A program made the translations under genes and the position numbers. A stretch of DNA of 64,000 bases from Antedon mediterranea. Its lineage: Eukaryota > Animalia > Echinodermata. Below, in pieces: positions 48,701 through 63,700 of this stretch. Numbering within the stretch: the first letter of the stretch is position 1; each line of letters begins with the position of its first letter. The stretch is taken from contig NC_092670.1 of assembly GCF_964355755.1 (NCBI RefSeq), forward strand, positions 33,220,388 to 33,284,387, written 5' to 3'. A model generated the notes under the pieces. It made no database searches. It was not told the origin of the DNA and worked only from the letters and a program-made list of their open reading frames with translations.

Positions 48701-51700
48701 TCATGGGTTTTAAAACTGATAAACAAAGCCATTTATATACTGCTTGGAGGTTTGCATGGCAAAATCAATATGTAAAACATGAAGGGTACCTGAAGTATGA
48801 TCTTTTCTTGTTCTGAACCCCATGTGCTTGCCATGACTAAAGATTCCTCTATTGTCAATGTCATGAACTCTTGATCTTTGGGATTTAGCTTGTCCAATTT
48901 AAATGGTTCGAATCTCTTAGATGGGACTAACATTAAAAAAAATATTTTTGAGTACGGTAATTATTATTACAAATTTAGAGATCATGATTATTATATGTAA
49001 ATCATATATTCATATGAGTCTCTGTGTAGTCAAATACCTATTCCATCATTTATAATTAGAAATCTACAATATTGTTGCGATCATAAAAGTCTTCCACCGT
49101 ATCCTTTTCTATATTTATTTCTTCATTTCTCTAACCCTTGAGCACCTAGATACACAAGAGTTAGAGGTAAAGAAATCTAAATTTAATTAAATAGATCACC
49201 TTTTCCAAGTTGATTAAAATGGTTGATAAGTTTCACTTCCACGATATCAAAATGAACTGCAGAGGTAAATGCTGGTACGAAACGTGGACAGAAACAAGAA
49301 TCAACACGCATTGACGCCGCTAACGCCATTGGAGAAAGAAGAGGATAGACAGCTTGCACTGTTCCCTCTGGCCTATTAAAAACAAACAAAAAACATTGTC
49401 AATGTCATGTTTATATATATATGAAACATAATAATATCATTACAGTTCTCAAGATATTGTATTTTTTAGATTCAACAGAACAAAAAAACAAAACTAATTG
49501 GTTATCCGCCTCAGGCGGATAAGCAATTGTTATTGTAGTGTTACTTTTTTTTTATTATTCTTCCATATTTCCGCCACTTTTTGTGTTCAGCTTTTCTCTG
49601 CGACGTGTTAACATAACATGTTGTAACTTTGTAAACATTTAAACATTTAACTGAAGATGTGCAGCCAAGCTTTTTGACGATGTCAGATCCGCGTAGAGTA
49701 AGTCACGCGCGATTTTCTGAAAATCTTAAGTTGACAATAATTTCGAAACAGATAAATATTTTTTAACGTGATTTTAAACAACGTTTGCTTCACATCAATT
49801 GCAAACTTTTTTATCGCTACAGAAGTTTGTAACATTAGAAAGTGCGCGCGTAAACGGCGTTTGAAATTTTAAAATGCTCCAAATCAATTTCTGATTAAAT
49901 TAGAGCACGATTCAGGTAATTTTAAGTGTTTGAAAAATTGCCACCAGGTGCGCACATTTTTACGCGCGCACGCCGCAGGGAACACGTATGAGCATTTCCT
50001 TTGCACGATTTGTGTTTTTCAATCTTCGGTTAACAATTTTACGTTATTTTAATCACTATTTAACTTAAAATGACGTTCGACGAGCACGTTAAACATGACT
50101 GGTTGCGCACGTAAAATGTCAAAAAATTGTGAAAATATTGAAAAATATGTCTACTTTTAAAAGCGATACAGTTCATCAGAATGCAAGGTTACCCCAATTT
50201 TTTATTTTATTTTCTTGCAGTGTATGAATCATAGGTCTGATTTATTATAGGGTTGAATGTTAAAACGTGTTTGATGGATACATTATTTGCATATTAAAAA
50301 TAATTTTTGAAATTTTTATCATCAAACAAGCAATAACATTTTCAAAGAGCAAAACAATAAACATAACATTCATCTTTTTTCTTAACATGTTAATATATAA
50401 AACTTGAAAGTATGCACTTTCATAATATGTTACTGTTTGAAATTTGTGAAGATTTCATCATAGTAAAAATTATGATTTAGTTCGGTATGTAATAATCAAC
50501 TTGCATCGAGGGGTTCATGACATACCGAGTGAACGAGTAATCTTTCTTCGGATTTTCTTCAGCAGGTGCTCATAGGACTCGTTGTGTAGTGCAACCGCCT
50601 TTGGTATCAGAGGTACCGGGTTCGAATCCCATCAGGCGAAAACAATTAAATAAAAGGATTTATTTGGTTATTTTGAATACGATACTTTTTTGAAAAGTCA
50701 TAAATGAAAAGTACTTGAATGCGCAAGATACGGTTTGATGCGGGCGGATAACCAAACTCGTCCTCAAGTGACGAGTTCCATGTCTAGTTCATTATTTATT
50801 TCATCATAATCATCATGTCGAGCTTGCTCGGGCTACTTTGACAGATACGCCACCTTTTCTGGTCTTCCATGGCAGCAGGCAGTTAATCCGGATTGCACTC
50901 TGTGTCCTCGCATAGTTGATCTATGTAGGTTTTGTGGGGACGTCCAACCTTCTGACGACCATGTCTTGGATGCCATAGAAGTGTATTGTTTTTCTTTACC
51001 TTTTTTTACATTTTGTAAACAAATTGTTGTTTACACTATTTTTGGCCCCTCTCCCCTTTTGGCCTTAATGAAGGATTCCTGTTATTTTAGATGAATATGT
51101 ATACATGTGTTTACTTTTTGGGCAAATAAAGAAATGTATGCACACTATGTACATAAGAATTAATGGCAGGTGGACCTAAAAAAGTATAATACATTACATT
51201 TTCTGAAGCTCTGTCTACACTATCAAACTAGTTTAACAAAAAAGTGTGATGTGCCCAAATATGGTAGTGATGTGCCCAAATATGGTAGTGATATCCATCA
51301 TCATGTCCATATATGGACACATCACATTATTTGGTCACATAAAGTTTAATAGTGTAGACAGAGCTTAACACATACTACTTTAAGTTAATCTATCTTAATT
51401 TTTTCTTCCATTTGATTTGGAAAGAACGAAATAAAATGGGTTAGCACTTACAGATCTTCACTGGTATAATTAACAATAACTCTCCAAAGCTCTGCTGCCA
51501 CCAAGTGGTGAGAAGGTTCCTCTTCAACTGATGGCAATTTGACCTCGCATGAACTTGATTCAGATAGACACAGTAGACGGAAGGCAGTAAAGCACTTCCT
51601 GATGTTATCCCAGTACTGGATTAAACATGGAACCTGTAAGTAATTAATAAAAATATGATCAAAATTAAAAACATGATATGATCTAAATAGAAGGTCTGCT

Positions 51701-54700
51701 TGGTGGTTAACAATTAGCTTACCTTCCCATCCCAAGATTCAATCCTGACCTAGTGTCATGGTTGTAACTCACAACTCCATTTCCTAAGCCCCAAATGAGA
51801 CTTACTTTATAAGCACAATAAATTATTTTTAAATAGTTTATCCTGTAATTGGGAAGTTATTCGCTTTTGGATGATCTCAACTACTATTATATGGTTTACA
51901 GGAGCCACAAATAAAAAAAGAGTTGGAATTCCAATGTATTGTTAAAAATGTATTTGTCTCCCAAAATCATGAAAAATAAAGATTTAATTCTTTTACTAGC
52001 CCATTTTGCAGTTTTATTGAAGTTATTTCACCTTTAAAAAGTCAAAAGAAACAGTTAATTTTAACCAAAAAGCATGTTTTTGGTCAAAGTGAATAACTGT
52101 TAAAATGGCATTCAACACTAAATGTTAAAAAAATTATTTTTTTAGGGGGACAATATATCTTTAAATATGCATCACATAATAATTGAAAAGAGCAATTTTA
52201 AATGGCTTATGAATGAATAAGGAGTTAACCTCTGTATTTCTCTCTGTTTCTCTTGATGTCACAGCAGCATTTAGCGGAAGTGGTGTCACCAGAACTTTGG
52301 TAAGAACTCTTGGTTCAGGATAACACCAAGTCATAGCACCTTGATTCCATACATTACCATCAGGTTCAGAACAGAACATGATCTCATTGGGTTTTGGTAG
52401 AAGACCAAGGCCATCTGTCACAAAGAGATGAAGCATAGTTATATATTTGTTAACACGGGTATTAGTGAGTGAGTGGCCTTATGGCAAGGGTTTGAGGGAT
52501 CACTTGCTCCATGGTTCTAGTGGTAGAATGAGTCTTCTGGAATAAGGACTATAAACAGTGCGTCAAGTGCACTTATCTTGCTCATGTGCACTTTTAAGAA
52601 CCTAGTACATCTTTCGACATGAGTAGGGGGTTACTCCGGTGTAATAGTACATCACAGCCACTGTGTGTCAAGTGTACACATAATACTCATGTAAGTCTAT
52701 AACCTAGTACATCTTTCGACATGAGTAGGGGGTTACTCCGGTGTAATAGTACATCACAGCCACTGTATGTCAAGTGTAAACATAATACTCATGTAAGTCT
52801 ATAACCTAGTACATCTTTCGACATGAGTAGGGGGTTATTCCGGTGTAATAGTACATCACAGCCACTGTCTGTCAAGTGTACACATAATACTCATGTAAGT
52901 CTATAACCTAGTACATCTTTCGACATGATTAGGGGGTTACTCCGGTGTAATAGTACATCACAGCCACTGTATGTCAAGTGTACACATAATACTCATGTAA
53001 GTCTATAACCTAGTACATCTTTCGACATGAGTAGGGGGTTACACCGGTGTAATAGTACATCACAGCCACTGTATGTCAAGTGTACACATAATATTCATGT
53101 AAGTCTATAACCTAGTACAAGTAGAGGGTTACTTGCTGTAAGCTTACACATCCACAGTTGTGGACAGACAAGTTGCACCGTAGTTGGCAGCACTGACATG
53201 ATGTGACGCTTAGGGGAGCGACATGAACATCTAAGTCCACCAGGGGTAGAGGCATGAACTTGAAAAGTGTAACATCAAGTCCACAAGCACATTGACACAA
53301 CATGTGTAATAGTGGAATGCCTTTAACATAATTATCCAAGTACAGGATTTTTTGGTTGCATGATATGGCCTCATAAACTCTCTAGTTAATATAAAGGGTC
53401 ATGTTTGAATGCCTAAAAAAGCTGCAAATCTACCTATGTCACTTAGATAGCGAAAAGCTCCAGCACGCAAGTCATCAGTTGACCTTGATATGACCTCTTC
53501 AGAATGTGTGTACTTTCTTTTCCTTTTCTTAGTAGTATTTTCTTTTAAGAGCTGAAATTAGTAAACATACAAAAATAACATTTATTTATTGCATTTAAAT
53601 ATAATTTCTTGCCATGGCTTAATTCTACGCAATATAAAATATTTCAAAATCTAACTAACCTCTTTATTTGATACCTCTTCACCAGCTTCCTGCACTTGTT
53701 CTGTGATAAGCTGGAAGCAGCTGAGATGTTCCTGCCCAAATGACACCTGGATGTGTCCCATATGCAAATCAAAGTGACACCTGGGAATCAGGTCACTGAA
53801 TGTATTGCCACTATGATAGCACCACCTGGCATCTAAGCCCATTTCTGCTTTACATGGACCTATAAATGGTTTGGTTACATGTTGGAGAGAAGTCCTTAGA
53901 AGTAGTTCCTTCAAAGCTAAAGTTGAGACCAACTGGCTTGGCATTCCTAATGAACAAGAGAAATAAATACACTTGAATGTTATAAGTTATTGATTAGAAT
54001 TGAAAATATATAACATAGTGGAAAAAGTTAATAGAAACAAACATACATTACACATACAAAAATACTTACCATCCTCACTCTTTACAGCAACACTTCCTTG
54101 GCAACCACCCAATGAAAACAACAGTATTGGTAATTTAGGGTGTGGCTTTGTGGTCATGACAACCACAACTTGATGCATATTCAATGTTACTTGTTGTATC
54201 ATAGCAAGGTATGACAACACACCAGAATACTGAGATCCATCACCCTCTACAGTTTCATCAGCCTCCAATTCTATATGGGAGAGAAGAAAAACAATTTCTT
54301 TTATTTAAAAGTTTGTACAGAATTTCTCAATAATCACTCCAATTTTTTAAATTTCTAAATTTGGCAATTTAGTAAAAAATCATAAATTTCCTTTTTCCTA
54401 AAAATGTTAAAATCCTCAAATACAACGTTCATTTCAAATAAAATTTTTAGTACTGTTTGTACATTTCAAAGACTATTTTCAGGTTTCAGAACTTTCCCTA
54501 TCCTAACCCTACCAAAAAATGGAACATTCCAATAATCTTTCATTATAAAAAGAATGTAAAGTCCCAACATTTTATCACAAGACACACTGCTGCTACAGTA
54601 CCTTATACCACCAAGAAACAGTTCAAGGTAAGAATTTAATAGTGTTCATATATTTCGAAAAGTTTCTTTTATAGAAAATGTAATAGTAATTTCAAATTTG

Positions 54701-57700
54701 TCATACAAACCAGTAAAAAATAGAAAAAATATTGTTATTTAGTAGTATAGTAAAATAAAACCAGATTGTAAGATTAGTAAAGCGTGGTTCCCACTATCGA
54801 TGCAATGCAACCTACGCAACATAATAAAAAGCCCTTCCAATAATTGTGTTTTCCCCCACCTGCACATCAACTTTAGTTGGCCGAAGACTTTGACCTGGTT
54901 CACCCCACATATATTATGATTCTCTATGTTCAAAACTGATTTGATTTCTCATATTGATGTTTGCAGCACTATTGCGTCGTCAATTCCCACTTGTGATTAT
55001 GCAATTCAGCATATTGCGTCAATATTTTGCATTGCGTCCTAGTATTCAAACAATTGTGATGATTCAAGAGCGGCTATTGAATACTCTTGCTCTACCTATG
55101 GTCTCCTCCCCCAATGTGAAATAGCCCGAATTAAACGACTCAAACTCTATGTCGCTAAACTCCTCTCTGATCATGCTACTTATTCTACCTATCCCGTCAT
55201 TTTTTCTAATTTCAATATTATTCCCTTCTCTTTAAGGCATCAGTATTTTTTACTTAAATGTATTATCACGCAGTCCTCTGAACCGTCACCCTCTTCGTCC
55301 ATTTCTTCCTCCTATTCGTACTATGTCTATGGTCCTTCGCCATAATCGACACTCTTCTCATCTTCCCTTTAAAGGACATACTACTCGTTTTCTTCACTCT
55401 ACCCTACCTCACTCACTCTCACTCGCTCAATCTTTTCATCTTAACGTGTCTTCCTCTTTTGTGCTTGACATTAAAACTGCCCTTAAGATGTAACCTATAA
55501 TTTATTACTCTTTTATTAATTATTATTATAACAATATAACTATAATCATAATAACAATAATTACAATAATTAAAAATAATAGCAACTACTACAGTAGTAA
55601 TGACTATAATTGTTATAAAATATTTTAAATGTAAATATGTATAATTATGTTTGTATGATGTAGGATGTTTAAGCGGATATTAGCCCTTGATGGCATTTGC
55701 AGCAATAAAGAAATTGAATTGAATTGAATTGAGGACCAGAGTGTATAGTCCCCTGCTACTGTACCTTGTACGTTGACAGATTTGAAGAGAATCATAAAAA
55801 TTATTTGAACATATTTCATGTTTTTTACAATCTATCTTAACTTATAGAAGTGGAAAGTGAGGCTATATTTAAACATTATTCTTATTAATTTAATGTATGT
55901 TTTTATCTGTCTGTTATCAATTTTTTATAATAAACTTCAACAAAAAGTGTATTCAACTTTTAAAGCACTATCGAAAACATACAACAAAAGTACAAATATA
56001 AATTTAATAATTTTAAATAATTATTATACAAAGTAGGAGGCCCAGCTATCATAAAACATACACATGAGTTCAGTATTCCTTGTAATATCATTATAAAAAA
56101 AATAAACTTTATGCTAAAAGATAGCTGGCCCAATTGATATCTGTCCCGCAGGCTTTTATATGAGAACCAAGACCGGGAGCAGTTGGGCTCCCATTAGGTA
56201 CATTCCAAGCTCTGCTTGGCAACTAATTTTATAGAATTATCTCTGTGGGCTGCAATTAAATTTTGATTTGGTTTTCTTGGTCAAACTTGTTACAAGTGAA
56301 ATAGAAACATACATTTATTTCAATTAAATTAAAAGTAAATACATTTAATAATATAATATTCTTTTCAATATCCCGTAGTTTTAAATTTTCAACAACACAA
56401 TGTATCTTTCCAAGAGAAAATGAATTAATTACATATGTTGCGAAAAGAAATATCAAAGTAAATGTATATAATTTAGTACTAGAACAACAGTTTATAAAGT
56501 TTCACTACATACAAATCTATGAAAGGATTATTTCAAATACATCAACTACTTTATGTTTCTGATTATAGCATCATTCCACCAACATGTTTTCTATTACAAT
56601 TTTTGGCTGAATGTGACTCACTAGATGATGAAACTGATTTGAGAGAATCTTCCAGAATTTGTACTAGAAATGTTTAACCCAAATTTGCATGTAAAATTAA
56701 GGATTGTCCCAAAAAAAAAATAACAGATTTCGAAAGAAAGGTGGATCATTTTGAAGTATAATAATAGTTATTAACTACCATCAAAAATTTGTGGGAAAAA
56801 AAAAAATATTAAACTGATATACAGACGTTTTTTTGGTTAAAAAAATAACTTTGACTTCCAGTCAAAGTTTTCGATGAAAACATATCCCATAATGAAACAC
56901 GCTTGTTTGGCTACTCTGTATGCATAATTATAAACTTCCTCACGATCTGTGTGAAAGTACCTTCTCAACCGTGACGAGTTGTAAACAATCCTATTAGCAT
57001 ATGCATAATGTGTACTCGTGGTTTGAAATCTTTGTTTACTTTCGCTCGCAACGATTTTTCAGACGAAATGTAATCAAACTAATTTACCTGTTACGTAAAC
57101 TTGTTGCTTTTGGCTCAAATGTTGGACTTAAAGTAAATAACTTTAATATTACTTTGATATGGCCAATTTAAATTTAGAATATTTTGACCTTCATTTTTTT
57201 GTGTTTCAAGGGACAATACATCTTTAATTAAATCAATTAATACCACTATTATACTTATTTCTAAAAATTACTTTATAAACATGTTAATTAGGTTCTTTAA
57301 TAGCTGTGTCTATTTTTTGACATCTTTGACACAAAAACACAGCATCAGATAAAATAACTTTAGCCTTTGTGACAGAATCATAGCCTTGTTGTCACAGCCC
57401 CCTGGCCCTGTTGTGACAGCTTCCTAGCCCTGTTGTGACAACTTCCTAGCCCCTAGTGTGAAGGTATCTTAGACCTAATAGCCAAAACTCCATGACATTA
57501 ATGTAATTGCTTCTATCTTCATTTTGAACAAGTGTGTTTGTGTACTGTTGTAACCTGGTACATGTATTACTACCGTTAAAGTAATAATACTGCATCAGTT
57601 TTAGGTTTTCTTATTCTTACCCAATCAAAGCTTGTGCTTAAAAGTGTGGTCTAGATGTATGATTCCAGGCTAGTGATTTGGAAATGATATGTTCGAATCA

Positions 57701-60700
57701 TGCCCAACTACAATTTGTGATGTAGTAGTCGATATCAAAAATTGGGTTCTTGATTTAGCCGATGCAATCTTTTAAAACCATTATAATTCAACATGTATAC
57801 AGTAGTAAGTAGTTTTATACATACTATACATTTAATTAGCAAACATTTCTACAAAAATGCACTTGGAAGTGTGGACTACCAGACTAACAATAAAAATAAT
57901 CAATTACAGATATCAAGTCATGTTTTCAACATGTCTTATTGTAAGCATGGCTGTTATTGCTATGGGAGCTAAGACAGCTGAAGAGAGAGCAGAGAGGAAA
58001 GCCAACAAGTACAGTGAGAGCAACCAAGGCACGACTTGCCTGTCATGCTGTGAGCGTGGTGACATGGGACCACAAGGTATACAAGGACCTCCTGGTATAC
58101 CTGGCCAACAGGGTCCAAGTGGACAACCAGGAATGCATGGCAACCATGGAAGTAATGGCATGCCTGGACCAATTGGTTCTAAAGGTGAAAGTTATTTTAA
58201 TCTAAAATCAAAATAAATAATAAAAATATTTTCAGTAAGTCTCAGCTGGTTCTTAACAAATATAGTGACAAAAGTCAATGAAATTGATGTGATGTGAGCA
58301 ACTGGAATGTTCTTTGGTTATACCACTATATTCTTATTAAACAATGATAATATTCATGTTGTATAGTACCATAACTGAAATCAATAAGTGCTTTGCTCTT
58401 TTTAGGTGGAAGAGGAGATAAAGGTGATCGAGGTCCGTATGGGCCAAAAGGAGATCGTGGGACGAGCGGTATACCAGGAAACCCTGGAGGTCCTCCAGGA
58501 CCTCAGGGTGTTCCTGGACCAGAGGGACCGCAGGGATTCCCAGGTAATGATGACATTTTTTTGTGGTTTGAAATATAAGTAATTATTTTGTTTATTCTAA
58601 TTTATATTTGACTTGAAAAATTTAAATTTTCTTCAACCAATGTAAGGTCCAAGAGGAGCAGGAGACCCAGGCCCACAAGGAATCAAAGGAGAAGCAGGAC
58701 CCCCTGGAATAACAGGACCTCAAGGAGAAAAAGGTAAAAACTATGCTATATTCAATAACCTGCAGGACTTAACGTTTTCGTATTAAAATTACAGCATAAT
58801 TTTAAATTTTGGTAATTTATAGGCACATAATATTCTATAATATGCACCTAGTAGTAAATGGCTAAAACGTATTTCCTTTAAATTAAAAACTATTCTCATA
58901 CAACAAGAGGCAAGTGATATTACACAGGGTTTAACGATGTCAAAGGTTAACCTGTAATGGATATGTGCATTACTAATTTATATGTATTGACATTTCTTTT
59001 AGGTACTACTGGATTAAAAGGAAAGCGTGGAGATGACCCACCACGACCTCCACAGTCTGCATTCTCTGTAGCACGTGAAACATTGCTTAAAGCCCCAACG
59101 TCGTCAAACGTTATCGTCACGTTCTCACACGAATTTATCAACCTTGGTAATCATTTCAATAGACGTACCGGTATTTTCACGTGCGCGATAAACGGTACAT
59201 ACTACTTCATAGGACACATTTACAAAGCATCGTCAAATACTTGGCCGATAGTAAGACTGATAAAGAACAACGAGAACCAGCTGGCATTCATGGATTACGG
59301 TTCTGATTCAACAGACTCGACCAGTAACAGTCTTATCCTTCATCTTGTAAAGGGCGACAGAGTTTGGTTATCGCTTGATGCTGGGAAAGCACTCTTTAGT
59401 GGAACAAACCGTCATACAACATTTTCAGGTTTTTTATTTGCATGGGACTAATTTAGAATGTAGTATAAATAATAATAGTTAAAAAAAACAAATGGAAAAA
59501 CGGGAAAAATTAACTGATATATAGCATTATTTACTGTTAACTCAAGTTAATCATGATATAGTTATCATGTTTAAATAAGTTAATCGTGATAAATCAAGTT
59601 AACTCAAATTAATCAAGACAATTTATCATGCATAACTCAAGTTTAATCATGTCATCATGTTTATCTCACTTAATTATGATGGTTAACCATGTTTAACTCA
59701 GGTTAATCACAATAATTTATCATGTTTAGCTCAAGGTAATTATAATGTTTAACGTGGCACAACATGCTGAAGAAGAATATGTCCAAGTTGTACAGATACG
59801 AATACTGTAATTTTTAAATTAATGTTGATATTGTAAGACATTTGTTGTTACGTATTAACACAAGAATGGCTGGAGAGGACCAAAGTGACACATTGATTAT
59901 GATATTAAATTTCATAAAAGTTGTTGTAAAAAAAGACAGTTGCCTACCTTTGAGACTGCTAAGATTTGTTGGTGTTCTTGGTTGGTTTGATTTCATCTTC
60001 ATTATATCAGCATTTAATTCTGACGATATTGGAAGAGTGAGTTTTTGTACAAAGTCATAAAACTGATCCATTTTAGTGAGACTTAGATGTGCCCTCAATG
60101 GTCGGCAAACACTCATGTTCATGATAGCTTTTAACAAGAAAAAAAAGAAAATAAAAAAAACATTTTTTGTTGATTTTCCAGAAAGTGTATGACAATGAAC
60201 AGTGGGTACGCAGAGGGGATGCTTTTCTTTTTGAAAGAAATGGAAAGGAGATACAATTGTATGAGATACATATGAAAGAATAGAAGTTAAAAATGTTCAT
60301 TTTTTTTAAAGTCTATAATTTATGGAAAGGCATATACCTCATTATTTGTTCAAACAAATTACTGTATTCAATAAAAACATTTAAGTTCAAGTTTCATAAC
60401 ATTTATTTACAGACGCTGACATAAAAATGAAATATGGGGGTCAGTGTGTGAAGGCAGATGCCGTGGAAGATAAAGAAAGGCGAGCCTTAAAAAAATTAAT
60501 TAAAACAGAATGAATAAATAATAAACTGGTTGATGGAAGATTATTTTACAGTGTGGGTCCGGAGTATCATATATTGTGTTGGAATGATTTGGTTTATCCA
60601 TTAATCCATTAAAAATCTGAACAATCATACATAAAGTAAACTGCTAAGCACATAAAATCTTTGATAGTAACAGGAAAGTTACTCAAACTCACCAGGCCTA

Positions 60701-63700
60701 GAAAAGAAATCTTTGACAGTAAAAGTGAAGAGCGATGGTAGTATACCAGTCTTTGGGTCTGGATCGCCAGGGCATGTCTCAAGCCATGACACTGTGTAGT
60801 CACCACTGTCTGGTACTTGCTTGGTTGGATCTACAGTAGCAAACAAAGAAACATACATCCAATCAGTTGGTACATTTTATCTGTACTGAAATGAAGGTAC
60901 AAACATCAACCCAAAAGGCTAGGTTATTCAGAAAGGGAGTGCTCCAATTTGGCTGTGTGGTTAAATATCGGCACACCACCTGTTGATTTGTTAACATGCC
61001 AGTCACCAGCCTTGTGCATTTTGTATAGTTTACAAAAAGCTAAATTTGCAATAGAACCATTTATAACCATTAAATTAACAGTAGAACTAATATTGAATAG
61101 CATGTGATACAAAATTAACCAATCAGATAGTAAGCATACAGTAACAATAATGTAAAATTACTGTATAATACAAAATCGTTTAACTAAAGCTATTTCTATA
61201 TTTGTAACATGTACTTGCCTGTTTCACGAAAATTGATTGATGTTCCATCAATTGAGAAATCATAGACTGAAAATTCTGCTCTCTGGTTGATCTTTTCCAT
61301 GGATATAATAACATGTGGTTGAGACAGCACCATATACAGAAATGGGTGTATAACTTTTATTAAATTTTCTTCATCATCCTTGTCATCATTGCTTTCTTCA
61401 TCAGCATCATATGCATCCATCTCAATGGCAACTGAGCTTGCACTTCCATCAGCATTGTTCCAAGTATTCATACGGTTCTTTCTGGTGATATCTTGCTCAA
61501 GAGACATTGCCGACATCTGCTTTGGTATTGATGATGTCTTCTTCATTGTATCACTACCAGTCTTTTGATGCCGAGAACTCTCTGACCCAAGTCTACTTGA
61601 GTAAATCATGAAAGAAATTTTCCCTGCAGTTAACAGAACATCAAATGGTGTGAACTTTGGCCTTTTCTTTTTTGGTTTTTCAATTTTTCCTGCTATTAGA
61701 TTGGTAGTTCTTTCACCAGCTTGGCTTTCAAATCCTGCTGATGTAATGTTCACAGATGATGTCTCACTTCCAAGACCACTGTCCTCCACTGGCCGTACCC
61801 TCAAAAGTGGTTTGTCCTCATACTCTTTAGTACTAGATGATTTAGCTTTGGTTTTTGTTGAAGGGGACAACTTAGCAAAGGCACCGATGTTCGTTTGTAA
61901 TACCATCTGTGCTAATAAGACTTGTCCAGCACTCAGATATAAGTCAATATCACTTGTAATGTTAAACTCCAGTGAATGTCCACAGACAGTAATCCGCTTA
62001 AAGAGAACAGTTTAATAATTATTTTTCATAAATCTAATTAAAAATATAAATATCAGTAGAATTTATGAAAGAATAGCTAAACAAGAGAGAATGCTATCGA
62101 CAAAACGACCTTGACATCATTTAGAATAAACAAATGGAAGAGGGTCACTTCAAGTAAGCTGTACTGACGTAGTATACAACTGTTAGAGCAACCCTTGTAA
62201 AACAAAGTTAAATAAAAAATAAATAAATATGCCAGACACTTTCGAAACGCTGAATGTGTGTCCTGGTAGAGTCTAAATAATACCTTTATACAGTATTTGT
62301 TTTAACTGAAAAATTATTGTAATTCTGCTGATAAAAGAAAATGATAATGATGCAGACTGAATTAAAATGTCAAAATACCTTTTTACTATCTGCATCTGAA
62401 GAAGGTTTGTCCATGATTATTGCTGGTGCTGCAACAACCCTCAGGTCAAAGCTATGCACTATCGGGCTAACGCTGATTTGTTGAGGGCTTTGCCTATAAT
62501 AACAAAAAGTAACAAACAATTTTTCTATTTTCAAGTTTAACTGTTCCAATTTCTAGAATAAATGCAAACTCCACTTATTCAACTGTATCAATAAAAAGAT
62601 TATACTCTTTATAATTAAGAGAAGCAAATTACAGGAATTTGTTAAACAACTTCCATTTATAGTATCAGATGTATTGAAAAGTAAAACCAAAATATATTAT
62701 GCCTGCTCACCTTGCTTTGGCCATGTTCCACTCCAATGCTGGGTTCTGAGTCAGTGTTACACTACCATCATCAGCTGAGCCTAACTCTTGAATGCCTTGA
62801 TCGCTGGCCTTGGCTAAGTCATCCCACAGAATAGTACATAGGCTCACTGCATTAATATCTAGTTGATATTGTCTATCTTCGACCTCCGACCCAGGTTGCT
62901 GTGTTATCCCAGCATGCATTGCTTTTCTGAAGAATAAATTATTTTTTTAAATAAATGAACTTAACCTATATGTTATCGTTTTCATTGCCATTTTTTTTAA
63001 ATGTAGGCATAGAACTTATAACACAAGAATCTCCTGTTCGTCCGAAGCGCGTAACAATTTTGAAAGGCATTGTGGGATAGAATAGAGCTAATGGGTGGCG
63101 CCATTGTGAGCCATGGAGAAGCGCGCCCGCATCAAATTAGAAAGTCAAAATCATAGAGGGGGTCTGCTAATACTATAGGGGGGATAGAGTAATTGACTGA
63201 GCCCTCTACTGGAGTAATGCGCCTTCAACAAATTAGAAATTCAAAATCATAGAGGGGATCTGCTAATACTATTGGGGGGATAGAGTAATTGACTGAGCCC
63301 TCTATAGGAATTAATAGTTTTGACTTCCTAGTTTGGAGGGGGCGTTGCTCCATGCTGTGAAATGGCGTCGCCCAGTTTGACCTTTTAACCCTGTACTTCC
63401 GATACTGTGTTTTGAATGCAAATTGAAGAACAGGAGATTCTTGTGTTATAAGTTCTTTGGTCTAACCTGTATATTTCTTGTTTGAGAACCATTCTTTGTA
63501 GCGGGTTGTCTACATTCGGAGTCAGAGAGATGGACTTGACATGGGTCAAGAAACAATCTTGGTTGATTTCTCCAGACAATATTATTGGTGTATTTGAATC
63601 ACAGCCTGGAACAAAGAGCCTAAACTCTTGACAATCAATGTACAATAGAGGCAGCTTTCTTGTTGAGATTATCTCCTCATTGGTAGACTTCTTACTGATG

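Noticed and set aside
50575-50640. Functional tRNA gene
   Set aside because: B-box present but no convincing acceptor or anticodon stems. It is embedded in a repeat.
52601-53118. Second CRISPR-like array or retrozyme
   Set aside because: Whole 102-bp units are near-identical with no spacers, and I found no hammerhead core on either strand.
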